Shown in pieces: positions 1 to 10,322 of a stretch of 64,000 bases of DNA. The stretch lies in IMG/VR virus record IMGVR_UViG_3300017917_001573, positions 30,972-94,971 of that record. One strand, 5' to 3'. The notes under the pieces are model-generated. The model saw only the letters and a program-made list of their open reading frames with translations, ran no database searches and was not told the DNA's origin. Position 1 is the stretch's first letter. Each line of letters starts with the position of its first letter. A program made the translations under genes and the position numbers. The DNA comes from a virus.

Positions 1-3000
1 TAGACCTAATATTCAGGCAGCAGATGCTTTAACAGAAGTTGATGATAGATTGGTACTATACAATATTACAGAAACAGTAGAACCTAATTTACAACGTGTA
101 ACAAACAATGTAAAACTTACGTGGTCTGCTGCTGCATTGCCTACTCAAATTGTATCTAAATCTTACAAAGATGGCGTATTTGCTGCAAACCATAAAGGTT
201 ATATGGGTGGAGAAGTATATCCATTTTCTTTTCAGTATGTATATGATGATGGTTCAGAATCTAGTTTATATCATATTCCAGGCAGAAAATTACAACCGTC
301 TGATTTAAAAGAAGATCTTTCTGTATTAGACTTTCCACAATCTACATCTTGTGATGATACTACATATCCATATTGGAAGTTGTATGACACATCTACTGTA
401 AAAATTACTAAACAATGGCAAGACATTAAAGATGGAAAAATAAATAATCTTATACAAAGTGGTAAGGACAAATTTGTATCAGATGGTGTTGTAAAACTGA
501 CTACCTTTTTTAATGATGGGTACTTTGAATTTTCTGGAAATCCTACAAATGGAGAGTATGTGACCATTACATTTAGAGATAATGATACTAAATCAGATAC
601 AGATTTTGATTTTGTATTTGTAAATACATTACCTACTGGTACATTCTACAAAACTAATATTGACAACACTTCTTCATACTACATTTTATATGGTGTAATA
701 AATGTTTTAATTGGTGCAACAGATGCAGAAACATTTGAAAACTTTGGTAAAGCTGTTGATTTATATAATGAAATATTTAGTTATGATATGCCTGTACCTT
801 ATAGACAAGGTACATACAATACCTATACTATTTCAGGAGCAAGTGTATCTTTTTCTTTTGTAAAACGTTCTACTAATAATGGATATTTTGTAAGACTTGG
901 AACAGGATCTACATCTATTTTTAATGAAACAACAGCATCTTCTTGTCAAGGTTTGTCTAATCAACAAACATATTTGTCTAATCTTATAGATAATGCCACA
1001 ATTAATTTTAAAACAAATACAGTAGATCCAGCAAATATTTTAAATAGTATTGTATCTAATCAATCATTTTATACAGATTATCCTATATCCTATGATTTGT
1101 ATGATAGTGCAAATAATCTAGCTTACACTATCTATGAATTTACAGGAGAGTTTTATGTTACTACAACATATGAAGTAGAATATAACACATCTGTACCGTC
1201 CATTGCCTTACTATTAAAATATGTAGAATGTAATCCTATTACAGCATATGAAGGAGATTTTCAATACTGGGAATCCACTGAATACTATCCTTGTGATACA
1301 GAAGTATGGGGAGAATTAGCTGGTACACCTATTAGACATCATAAATTCCCAGAACGTTATACAGTTCCACATTTCCAAAATCTATTGGATATATCAGACA
1401 AGTATGGTTTAAATTATACATTCCTACATCCATTTGCTGTAAAAGTAGACCATTCTTCTGTACTACAATCTATTAAGGATTCTGTTGAACAAGGTATTAT
1501 ATCTAAGAAAGATGCATCTAGAATTGTAGGATATAAATTGTATAGAGGTAATCGTGTAAATGATGCTTCTGTAATTGCTAAAGGTCTTTTGTATGATGTA
1601 TGGGAACACAATAAAAAATTGTCTGCTGATACTTCACAAAAGTTCTTTTATCAAAACTATCCATTTAATGACTTACATGCTGACCCATTTATTCTAACAA
1701 ACAATGCTCACATGAGTTCCTTAAGTGATTCTCAATCCATAGATTATATTAAAAATTCTAGTAATTGGATTAGACCTCTGAATGATGGCGAATTCAATAA
1801 TAGGTTTACATTATTATCTCCAGATACAAGTTTTTGGAATATTCCTCTTTCTGGTAGATTACATGTAGATATGGAAGTATATGGTAAAGCTAAAGGACAC
1901 TATTATCCAGTATTTGATCATGCTAAATATAGACGTTTAAAAAATAGAGCGCATATTGGTTCTTGGGGTATTGCTGGTACATTAGCCACACTAGACAATT
2001 TAACAATTGGTACTACTGTAAATATTAAAGCTGGACAAATTCTACCAGAAACTGTCCAACTACAAGAAAGTATTCAAAAGCTTTTAGAATTAGGTACACC
2101 ACTCAGACAATACGTATATCAATACAATGGTGTTGGTGAATACAACAGGTGTATACTAAATCCTGTAAAAGGTCAATTGTGGAGAGACATTGATATTGCT
2201 ACATATTTAGACAGAGATATTGTAAATGTTGGAGATGTTAATCAATTCAACAATTTCAATAGAGAATCTTCTATGTATCTAAAATTAAACAACAATATTA
2301 GATCAACTACAATCAAAGATAATTCTAGATATAAACCATCTGAATTAAAAATTAATCCAGAAGATTTTACACAACGAGATATTTCATCTTATTATGTATC
2401 TATCAAAAGACAGCTACCTGATCAGTATGGACAAGTTCATTCTATTGATTATTGTTATACTGGACAAATGTGGTTTATTAATCAACAGTTATTTCAAAAC
2501 CTAAACTCTATCACACCCAATACTACAAAATCTGTAATATCTAATACTACAGAATATAACGATAGTGTATTTGGTGGAGATGTGTATATTACAAAATTTG
2601 CATCCATTCGCTCACATAGTTATTTTGTAGACAACAGAAAAGGTTTTGTAAATGATTCTGGACAAGGTGTATCTGTAAACTATTCTCAACTATCCAATGT
2701 TGGTTATCCTGCGTATTTCTTAGATACAGAATTTACAGGTTTTGTATCAGACAACAATGAGATTTCTGAATCACAAGCTGAGATATTTGAACAATATGCT
2801 ACAGAACAACAAAACGATTTAGATTCTACTACTAAAACAGGCGATAATGTACAAACATCAGGTTTGAGAAAGACATTCAAAAAAATGAAACTTGCTATTA
2901 AATCTATGCTTACGTCTTTAATTAATCCTGCTAGAGAAGTATTGGATTATTCTGAAACAGATCAATCTAACATTATTGGACAACAAGGTATTATGTATCT

Positions 3001-4579
3001 AGCGTCTATTGGTATTCCTACCTTTTATGTTGAGTCTGTTATCAATACGGAAATGAGACATTCTGGAGAAAATTATGATGAAGATTTTTATCCTCGTATT
3101 TCATCAGATGTACCAGATACATTCTTAGTACGTAAACCATTGGACAAAGACAACACGTATTTATACAACAGAGATTTCTCAAATCAAAATGTAGACAATG
3201 TTGCATTTCCAATGTCTATAAACTATTCTCCAAGAGATAATAAAAAGTATTATGCTAACAGAGCTGTATGGTCACAAAAAGGTTCTATTGAAGAAACATT
3301 ACATAATTATGCATTATTTAGAGTAAATGATTACAAGGATTTCAATACTAAAATTACATCTATTGCAGGTGTCTCTGGTGGTAAAACAGTTGTAACATTC
3401 CCTAATAAAACACACATCTACAATGCATATTCTACCATAGACTCTAATAACAATACCAAAGCTCTATACTTTGGTACAGGAGATTTGTTTGAAAATGGAC
3501 AATCTTTAGTAGATTCTGTAACAGGATATTCTGGTTCTCAAGTAAAACAGTTTCTTTCTTGTGAAGTGGGTTCTTTTTGGGTAGATAATATTAGAGGCGC
3601 AATCTTTTCTTTTACAGATACATTGTCTGAAATATCTTTGTCTAACAAAGAATGGTTTAGAAAATATTTACCTTTCCAAATCATTAAACATTTTCCTAAT
3701 TGTAAAATAGACAATACCTATCACTACAACAAAGTAGGTATGACTATTGGATATGACAATACATTCAATAGAGTTCTATTTACAAAACATGATTATATTC
3801 CTCTAATCAATGGTATTACATACAATGAAACATCTCACCGTTTTTATGTAAATAATAAAGAAGTATTTTTAGAAGACACCAATTATTTTAGGAATGTATC
3901 ATTCACTATTTCATACGATGCACATATGAAAGAATGGAGTTCATTCCATTCATACAAACCTTCTACATACTTACATAATCAAAACAAGTTTCTTAGTATA
4001 CTAAATAACAGAACATACATTCATAACATTCAAGATAAATCATATCAAATTGTATATGGTAAATTGGAACCCTTCATTGTTGAAACACCTATATTTAATG
4101 GTACAACAGATATGTTACAATATGTAGAAAGTTATACTACTGTATATGAAAAAACGCTAAAAGGTACTATACAAGTATTTGATAAGTTTTACAATAAAGC
4201 AATTGTACACAACAAATATCAAACAACAGGTTTATTAAATCTTGTATACAAAGATGAAACCAACGATGATTTAGCTATAACTCATCCTTTTAGACGTATA
4301 GACTCTACCGACATTTTGTATTCTAACAAAGACAATGTTTATACCTTTAATCATATTTGGAATATTTTGAAACAACAAAAAGAAGTATTTATTCCAAATA
4401 CAAAAGATCTAATTATACGAGATTTGAATTTAACTCAATCTGATTATAGTATAGATCAAGATCAAATGGATAGAATAAGAGGCAAAGAATGTTTTGTTAG
4501 ACTTATACAAGACTATACAGACAAATATCAGTTGATTACTGTATTTAATACAAATCATTCTCAACCTTCCGTTTATTAA
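1..4579 (+). CDS. Tail stabilisation / muzzle protein (crAss-like), 5'-truncated
   Basis: Frame is open from position 2 (RPNIQAADALTEVDDRLVLYN...), so the true start lies upstream of the window. Motifs GYMGGEVYPF, YWESTEYYPC, PIRHHKFP, RGNRVNDASVIAKG, FGGDVYI and SFTISYD..W.SFHSY.P resemble crAss-like stabilisation proteins. Lies immediately before the cargo genes. Confidence 0.8.
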   Translation, partial: RPNIQAADALTEVDDRLVLYNITETVEPNLQRVTNNVKLTWSAAALPTQIVSKSYKDGVFAANHKGYMGGEVYPFSFQYVYDDGSESSLYHIPGRKLQPSDLKEDLSVLDFPQSTSCDDTTYPYWKLYDTSTVKITKQWQDIKDGKINNLIQSGKDKFVSDGVVKLTTFFNDGYFEFSGNPTNGEYVTITFRDNDTKSDTDFDFVFVNTLPTGTFYKTNIDNTSSYYILYGVINVLIGATDAETFENFGKAVDLYNEIFSYDMPVPYRQGTYNTYTISGASVSFSFVKRSTNNGYFVRLGTGSTSIFNETTASSCQGLSNQQTYLSNLIDNATINFKTNTVDPANILNSIVSNQSFYTDYPISYDLYDSANNLAYTIYEFTGEFYVTTTYEVEYNTSVPSIALLLKYVECNPITAYEGDFQYWESTEYYPCDTEVWGELAGTPIRHHKFPERYTVPHFQNLLDISDKYGLNYTFLHPFAVKVDHSSVLQSIKDSVEQGIISKKDASRIVGYKLYRGNRVNDASVIAKGLLYDVWEHNKKLSADTSQKFFYQNYPFNDLHADPFILTNNAHMSSLSDSQSIDYIKNSSNWIRPLNDGEFNNRFTLLSPDTSFWNIPLSGRLHVDMEVYGKAKGHYYPVFDHAKYRRLKNRAHIGSWGIAGTLATLDNLTIGTTVNIKAGQILPETVQLQESIQKLLELGTPLRQYVYQYNGVGEYNRCILNPVKGQLWRDIDIATYLDRDIVNVGDVNQFNNFNRESSMYLKLNNNIRSTTIKDNSRYKPSELKINPEDFTQRDISSYYVSIKRQLPDQYGQVHSIDYCYTGQMWFINQQLFQNLNSITPNTTKSVISNTTEYNDSVFGGDVYITKFASIRSHSYFVDNRKGFVNDSGQGVSVNYSQLSNVGYPAYFLDTEFTGFVSDNNEISESQAEIFEQYATEQQNDLDSTTKTGDNVQTSGLRKTFKKMKLAIKSMLTSLINPAREVLDYSETDQSNIIGQQGIMYLASIGIPTFYVESVINTEMRHSGENYDEDFYPRISSDVPDTFLVRKPLDKDNTYLYNRDFSNQNVDNVAFPMSINYSPRDNKKYYANRAVWSQKGSIEETLHNYALFRVNDYKDFNTKITSIAGVSGGKTVVTFPNKTHIYNAYSTIDSNNNTKALYFGTGDLFENGQSLVDSVTGYSGSQVKQFLSCEVGSFWVDNIRGAIFSFTDTLSEISLSNKEWFRKYLPFQIIKHFPNCKIDNTYHYNKVGMTIGYDNTFNRVLFTKHDYIPLINGITYNETSHRFYVNNKEVFLEDTNYFRNVSFTISYDAHMKEWSSFHSYKPSTYLHNQNKFLSILNNRTYIHNIQDKSYQIVYGKLEPFIVETPIFNGTTDMLQYVESYTTVYEKTLKGTIQVFDKFYNKAIVHNKYQTTGLLNLVYKDETNDDLAITHPFRRIDSTDILYSNKDNVYTFNHIWNILKQQKEVFIPNTKDLIIRDLNLTQSDYSIDQDQMDRIRGKECFVRLIQDYTDKYQLITVFNTNHSQPSVY

Positions 4580-4593
4580 TAAATTAAACAACT

Positions 4594-7500
4594 ATGTTGA
4601 TACCTAATAAAAATAAATCTAAATCCAGTGTTCCTCAAGAACAACGTCCTATAAGTAATGATTCAGACAAAGACATTACTCAAATGATGGATTTATGGAA
4701 TGTTATATCAGAAGGACCTACTACGGGTCCTTCTTTTGATAATCTATCAAACACACTATCTAATACTACAAATACAATTAAATCTAAAGTAAATAAATTT
4801 GTCCAAACACCACAAGCAAAAAAACTTTCTGATTTAGGACATCTTTCTTTAGATATTGGAGCAGGTGTATTACCTATGTTGAATTCTTATATGGATTCTC
4901 AAAATGCAGTACAACAAGCAAATGATACTATTCAATCAAATGTATTTGGTCAAGTATCCCCTAAGAAACGTTTTAATATGGATTTTGTAGGAGAGAATGA
5001 TCCACTGTTTGCATTACATGCTAAAGATGGTGCATCTATTGGAACAAGTATGGATGGTAGTGTGCCAGTAAATGCAGAAGGTGGAGAACTATATTTGAAA
5101 CCTTCTACTGGAGAAGTATTACCAATTGAAGGTAAATCACATGCTGAAGGTGGTGTTAACTTTAAAGCTGAAGATGGATCTTTTGTATTGTCTGATACTT
5201 TAAAAATATCTAAAGAAGACCTTGAAAAGTATGTAGGAATTAAAGTTAAAACAAAAGAATTTACTATTGCGGAAGTAGTTAAACGATTTCCACATCATTT
5301 TGATGTATCCAAAGAACAAGAAATGCTAGACAATCAAGCATTAGATCCAATACAAAAAAATACTATTGGTTTTAATATGAAACAAAAGTTAGAAAAGCTT
5401 TCTAAACTTTTAGCATACCAACAAGAAAAGAATGGTAACAATGGTGAAGAAATGATGATGTATGGTGGTGAAGCAACATATGCAAAAGAAGGTGCTAGTA
5501 TACAGGATTATCTTGTTAAAAAAGGTATTGATGGGTCTTACGAAAATAGAAAAAAATTATTTTCTTCTATTATACCAAATTATTCTGGTACAGCAGAACA
5601 AAATACACTATTATTATCTAAATTTGAATCTGGAGAAATAAAAGTGGATTCTTCTAATAATATTATCGCAAAAAAAAATAACAATAATCTTTTTGGTACA
5701 GGTGATTATATGAAAGATGTAATTAAAAATAATTCAAAATATAATCCAAATCCTACAACAACAGAAACAACTCGCTATAATTCAATATCTAAGTTTAATA
5801 AAACAACTCAGGATATAATAATGGAAGTTGCAAAAAGAAATAATGGAAAAGTTCTTATTACAGATAAAGGATCAAAACAAACTATTGCAGGAACAATAAA
5901 AAATGGTAAAATTGATCTTATTGCGTTTCCTGTTTTAACAGGACAACAAGATAAACCTGGTCAATATCCTGATGGATACACATTTAATGAGGCTTCTAAA
6001 AATAAAAATGTTAGAATTACACCAACGGGGGCATTTTCTGTAAATAAACAAGATATATATGGTGAAACAGGTTTTAATTTAAATGGTCTTATGGATGCGT
6101 ATCATATAACTTATCCTGATGAGAAAAAAATAAGAGAACCCAAATATAGTGATAATAATCCAAACAATAATAATATGAGTTGGGGCTGTGTTAATTGTAG
6201 AAAAAAAGATATTGACTTTTTATCTGCAAATTTTAATACAAATGATTCAGCATATATTATTGATACACGACTTCCATATGAGGAAAATATAAATATAATA
6301 AATACAAATTTTCACGTAAAGAAAAAAGAAATGGGTGGTCAAAATAATATCATTGCTAAAAAAGGCTCTAAAAATAAATACCAAGAAGCACAATCTAATT
6401 TTACTGTACAAGATAAAGCAGAATTTAATAAACAATTAGAAGAAGCTGTTAAAAGAGGTGATAAAACATTTAATTTTAAAGGTTTGTCATATGCTGCAAA
6501 ACAAGATCCCAATTACAAGTCTGGTATGATGAAAAACAGTAACGGATTAACATTGGGTGATAATTATACAGATGATGATGCTAAAGCGTATTATGGAAAT
6601 CCTAATGCTACTCAATTTCCAGCTTCAAATTTAAGATCTAAAAACTCTTCTGTTCAGACTACTAAAAATGCAGGTTATGCAACAGTAGATATGTCAAATC
6701 CAGATTATCAAATGGATTTTAGAAATAGACATTCTGATGTATGGCAACAATTTAATATGGGTGATTGGAAAGCATCTGATTATATGGATCGTACTAAAGT
6801 AAAAGCTGTACAAGAAGCACTCAATAAAAAAGGATACAATATTAAAACCGATGGTTATTTTGGACAAGAAACATTTCAAGTACCTGGCACAATGGGTAAT
6901 CTTGAGCCTCTTAATGCACTTCTTGATATTGCAGAAAGTCCTTTTGTACCTAAAGAAACGATTACATCTAGTACACCTGATTCTAATCGTGCTAAACCAA
7001 AACCTAAACAAGATTTGTATAAAGCTAGACTTAAAGCATCTGATTATTTAAATCTTATTGATGACCCATCTAGCACAAATTACCATCCTGTATACAACAA
7101 TGATGAAGTTAACCCAAATTTGATTTCTTTAAGATCAGCAAAAAATGATATTGCATCTCAATTCAATACACTTGTTAATTCTAATACAGGAAATCCTTCT
7201 GTAGATAATTTAAGAAAAAATGCTGGTTTTGCAGAAGTAATGAAAGCTAATTCACAAATTGCAGAACAAGAAAACAATACTAACGCTGGAATACTAAATC
7301 AATTTGCTCAATACAACAATGGTATAAAACAACAAAACATGCAATTGCAACAAGCAGCAAATCATCAATTTGTTACAGAAAACAATCAGGATTTAGCTGC
7401 TAGACTTGATGCAAAACGTAAAAAGTTTTTAGACTTTGCTGAAAATGCTAGAAAAGTAGACCAATACAATGCACAATTAAATTTACTACAAAAAACATTT

Positions 7501-7716
7501 GGTGATCATTTTAAAATTGTAAATACTCCAGATGGACCTGGTATAGAACGTAACGGAAAAATTGTTAACTTTGATGGATTAAATAATATCACTCAACTAA
7601 TGCAATGGCAACAAGCATTACAAACAAATCCATATTCAAAAACAGAAGATGCAGACAATGGAAAAACAACTAAGAAAAAAATGGGTGGTAAGAATACTAA
7701 AAAACGATTACTGTAA
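4594..7716 (+). CDS. Modular virion cargo protein with DUF3597-like, L,D-transpeptidase (YkuD)-like and peptidoglycan-binding domains
   Basis: crAss cargo core NAEGGE..GKSHAEGGV..FVLSD; SIQDYLVKKGIDGSYENRKKL..YSGTAEQN (DUF3597-like); ITPTG..AYH..SWGCVN (YkuD-like H..SxGC); VKAVQEALNKKGY...DGYFGQET (PG-binding-1-like). Confidence 0.7.
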   Translation: MLIPNKNKSKSSVPQEQRPISNDSDKDITQMMDLWNVISEGPTTGPSFDNLSNTLSNTTNTIKSKVNKFVQTPQAKKLSDLGHLSLDIGAGVLPMLNSYMDSQNAVQQANDTIQSNVFGQVSPKKRFNMDFVGENDPLFALHAKDGASIGTSMDGSVPVNAEGGELYLKPSTGEVLPIEGKSHAEGGVNFKAEDGSFVLSDTLKISKEDLEKYVGIKVKTKEFTIAEVVKRFPHHFDVSKEQEMLDNQALDPIQKNTIGFNMKQKLEKLSKLLAYQQEKNGNNGEEMMMYGGEATYAKEGASIQDYLVKKGIDGSYENRKKLFSSIIPNYSGTAEQNTLLLSKFESGEIKVDSSNNIIAKKNNNNLFGTGDYMKDVIKNNSKYNPNPTTTETTRYNSISKFNKTTQDIIMEVAKRNNGKVLITDKGSKQTIAGTIKNGKIDLIAFPVLTGQQDKPGQYPDGYTFNEASKNKNVRITPTGAFSVNKQDIYGETGFNLNGLMDAYHITYPDEKKIREPKYSDNNPNNNNMSWGCVNCRKKDIDFLSANFNTNDSAYIIDTRLPYEENINIINTNFHVKKKEMGGQNNIIAKKGSKNKYQEAQSNFTVQDKAEFNKQLEEAVKRGDKTFNFKGLSYAAKQDPNYKSGMMKNSNGLTLGDNYTDDDAKAYYGNPNATQFPASNLRSKNSSVQTTKNAGYATVDMSNPDYQMDFRNRHSDVWQQFNMGDWKASDYMDRTKVKAVQEALNKKGYNIKTDGYFGQETFQVPGTMGNLEPLNALLDIAESPFVPKETITSSTPDSNRAKPKPKQDLYKARLKASDYLNLIDDPSSTNYHPVYNNDEVNPNLISLRSAKNDIASQFNTLVNSNTGNPSVDNLRKNAGFAEVMKANSQIAEQENNTNAGILNQFAQYNNGIKQQNMQLQQAANHQFVTENNQDLAARLDAKRKKFLDFAENARKVDQYNAQLNLLQKTFGDHFKIVNTPDGPGIERNGKIVNFDGLNNITQLMQWQQALQTNPYSKTEDADNGKTTKKKMGGKNTKKRLL

Positions 7717-10319
7717 TGAATAGATTTTCTAAAATAGTAGATTCTCCAAAATGGGAAGCAGATGTTCCTATTGAAATGTTACAAAAGGCTCTTTTGTATA
7801 AAGAAGATTTGTTCAATAAAAATCAAAGTATTGTTGCACAAACATTACAAGCATCTAAAAAAATTGGTGACAGTATTATCAATGATGAAGCTCGTGCTAA
7901 GTTTAATGAACAGTACTCTAAGATTAAAGACAATATCAATTCTAAATATTCATCTGATGTAGATTTATCTGATATGAATGTACTAAGTACAATCACATCA
8001 GAATTTTCTCCATTGGTAGACAACCATGAATTAACCAGCACTATTTCAAAAGAACTTACTATTAGAGATAGTATGAACCTAATGAACAAGTTTAAATTAG
8101 ATAACGATGAACGATATAGTGCTGAACATGAAAGAACATTTCAATTAGAACTTCAGCAATATAAACAAAGTCCTATGGGTGCTAATTTGAATCCTTCATA
8201 CAGAACAGCCTATGATGCAGATGGTGAAATACAAAAATTAATTGCGGCATACAAACCAGACCATGTAAAAACAACTAGAGTTAAACCAGGTGGTTATTTG
8301 TATGAAGAAGAAGATGCTTCTGTAAATCAAGAAAAATTATATAATTATATACAAGCAAATCTTTCTAATCAAGGAAAAGAAGAATTGTTATATAGAGGTT
8401 ATGGTCAATATTTGGCTAACTATGCTATGAATCCAGATCCTTTAACTAAAAATTTATATAAAGCAGGTTTAGTAGAATCATATCAATTCCAAGTACAGTC
8501 TAAATTAAAAGCACTTGATGTAGACATGACTTCTACAAAAGCATCATTGTTGATTCATAAAGATAACCCTGAGTTAATTTCAACACTTACACAAAAACTA
8601 AGTGAACAAGAAAATGATAAAAAAGAACTTACTAATAAATTAAACTTTACATCTAATCCTAATAACGTATCAGATAAAATGCTTTTGGGTTTAGCATCTG
8701 ACACACATTTTTTGAATACCATTGGTGTAAAAGCTGCTACAAATGCACACATTGATAATTCCAAAGATATTAAAGTAGATGAAACATATTTTAAACAACG
8801 TACATTAAATTTAGAACAAGCTAAAGTAAATGAGTCTATTAGGCAACATAATTACGAACACCAAGATCGTATGTTAGAACTACAAGCTAAATATGGTAAT
8901 ACAACAAGTCCATTTGGTGGTTCACAAGATGGTGTTGTTATTGGAGATGGTCCAGTTAATCCTGATGAAGCTAGAACAGTGTATGGTCAAGTTGTTTCTA
9001 ATATAGAGAATACATTTCAACAAGGTTTGCAACAAATTCAAACAGAATTCTTTGATGATTATCTAAATTCTATTATTACAAATGGTACAGATGCTCAACG
9101 TAAAGCTGTTATTAGTATGCTTCCTAAAGATAGACAAAAAGCATTTGCTAGTAGATCAGCTAGATTAACAGCAGATGATGTATTTGCTTTAGAAAACAAT
9201 GCTACGTTAGTATCAGAATTTAATAATACCGTTACTAATTATATGAAGATGCCTCCAGAAAAACGTCCTAACTATGGTTGGATTAAAGATTGGAATAATA
9301 ATCCTCAACGTATTGCATGGCAAACAGCATATGACAAACACGCTAGACTACAAGAAAAACTGACAAAAGATTTTAACGATGATGTAACTATTGTAGATCC
9401 TAAAACAAACAAAAAACGTAAACTTACTAGTACGGAACAATTTAAATTAGCTAATTTAATGAAAGAAATTGAATCTGCTAATTATGGTGGTTTAACGGAT
9501 TATGCAACATTGAGTAATTTAAAAGGTGAGCAAGAGCAACAAGATAAACTTTTGAAAAAAGGTATTTTTGCAAATAAAGCTGAATTAGAATATTATCTCG
9601 ATATTGTACATAATACAATGGTTGGAGAAACAACGGGGATTGGTTCTCAAATTGTAAATGCATTAGGTGGACCATTAAAAATGAGTCCGTTGTCTCCAGG
9701 AGGATCGGGAGGAGCCGAAGGATGGTTAAATAGTGCATCCAAAAAATTAAAAAGTGCAGATTTAAATAACATTGGTCAACTACCTAGTATAACACTTAGA
9801 TACAACAAAAAAAATGCTGGTGATGTACAACGTAACACAAATCTTATTGCACACATAAACAAAGATCTTCAATCAAAAGGATTAACTTTGTTACCAGATG
9901 AAGCTGTAATTACAGCTTTTACTTACAATAGTGTGACATATAGTCTTGGTTCAACAAGTACTACGGAAGATGGTGAAAAAACATATTCTCCTGCAATGAA
10001 AACTGTTCCTATTGATGGGTTTAAAATACCTGGTGTTAGAGAAATACTTGCACAAGGTATGACAGAAATTGAAGCAAAAATTCCTAACTCTACTTCTGGT
10101 AGAATGATTTATGGTACAGGTAATCATAATGTTTCTGCTACTACAACAAAAGAAGGACGAGTAAAAGTGAATATTGATGGAAAAGAATTTGCAGATTATC
10201 AATTGGCTGCTATTATGAAACTACAACCTAAATCTTGGGCGGATGTGGTAAACTTTTTCAATGCTATGCCTCCTGTAGAACAAGAACGATTTATTAATCA
10301 ATTAAACACTCAACAATAA
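7716..10319 (+). CDS. Virion cargo/ejection protein, helical, function unknown
   Basis: 867 aa, start overlaps the previous stop (TAATG), coiled-coil rich, no Cys seen, in the crAss cargo-gene position. Confidence 0.6.
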   Translation: MNRFSKIVDSPKWEADVPIEMLQKALLYKEDLFNKNQSIVAQTLQASKKIGDSIINDEARAKFNEQYSKIKDNINSKYSSDVDLSDMNVLSTITSEFSPLVDNHELTSTISKELTIRDSMNLMNKFKLDNDERYSAEHERTFQLELQQYKQSPMGANLNPSYRTAYDADGEIQKLIAAYKPDHVKTTRVKPGGYLYEEEDASVNQEKLYNYIQANLSNQGKEELLYRGYGQYLANYAMNPDPLTKNLYKAGLVESYQFQVQSKLKALDVDMTSTKASLLIHKDNPELISTLTQKLSEQENDKKELTNKLNFTSNPNNVSDKMLLGLASDTHFLNTIGVKAATNAHIDNSKDIKVDETYFKQRTLNLEQAKVNESIRQHNYEHQDRMLELQAKYGNTTSPFGGSQDGVVIGDGPVNPDEARTVYGQVVSNIENTFQQGLQQIQTEFFDDYLNSIITNGTDAQRKAVISMLPKDRQKAFASRSARLTADDVFALENNATLVSEFNNTVTNYMKMPPEKRPNYGWIKDWNNNPQRIAWQTAYDKHARLQEKLTKDFNDDVTIVDPKTNKKRKLTSTEQFKLANLMKEIESANYGGLTDYATLSNLKGEQEQQDKLLKKGIFANKAELEYYLDIVHNTMVGETTGIGSQIVNALGGPLKMSPLSPGGSGGAEGWLNSASKKLKSADLNNIGQLPSITLRYNKKNAGDVQRNTNLIAHINKDLQSKGLTLLPDEAVITAFTYNSVTYSLGSTSTTEDGEKTYSPAMKTVPIDGFKIPGVREILAQGMTEIEAKIPNSTSGRMIYGTGNHNVSATTTKEGRVKVNIDGKEFADYQLAAIMKLQPKSWADVVNFFNAMPPVEQERFINQLNTQQ

Positions 10320-10322
10320 AAT

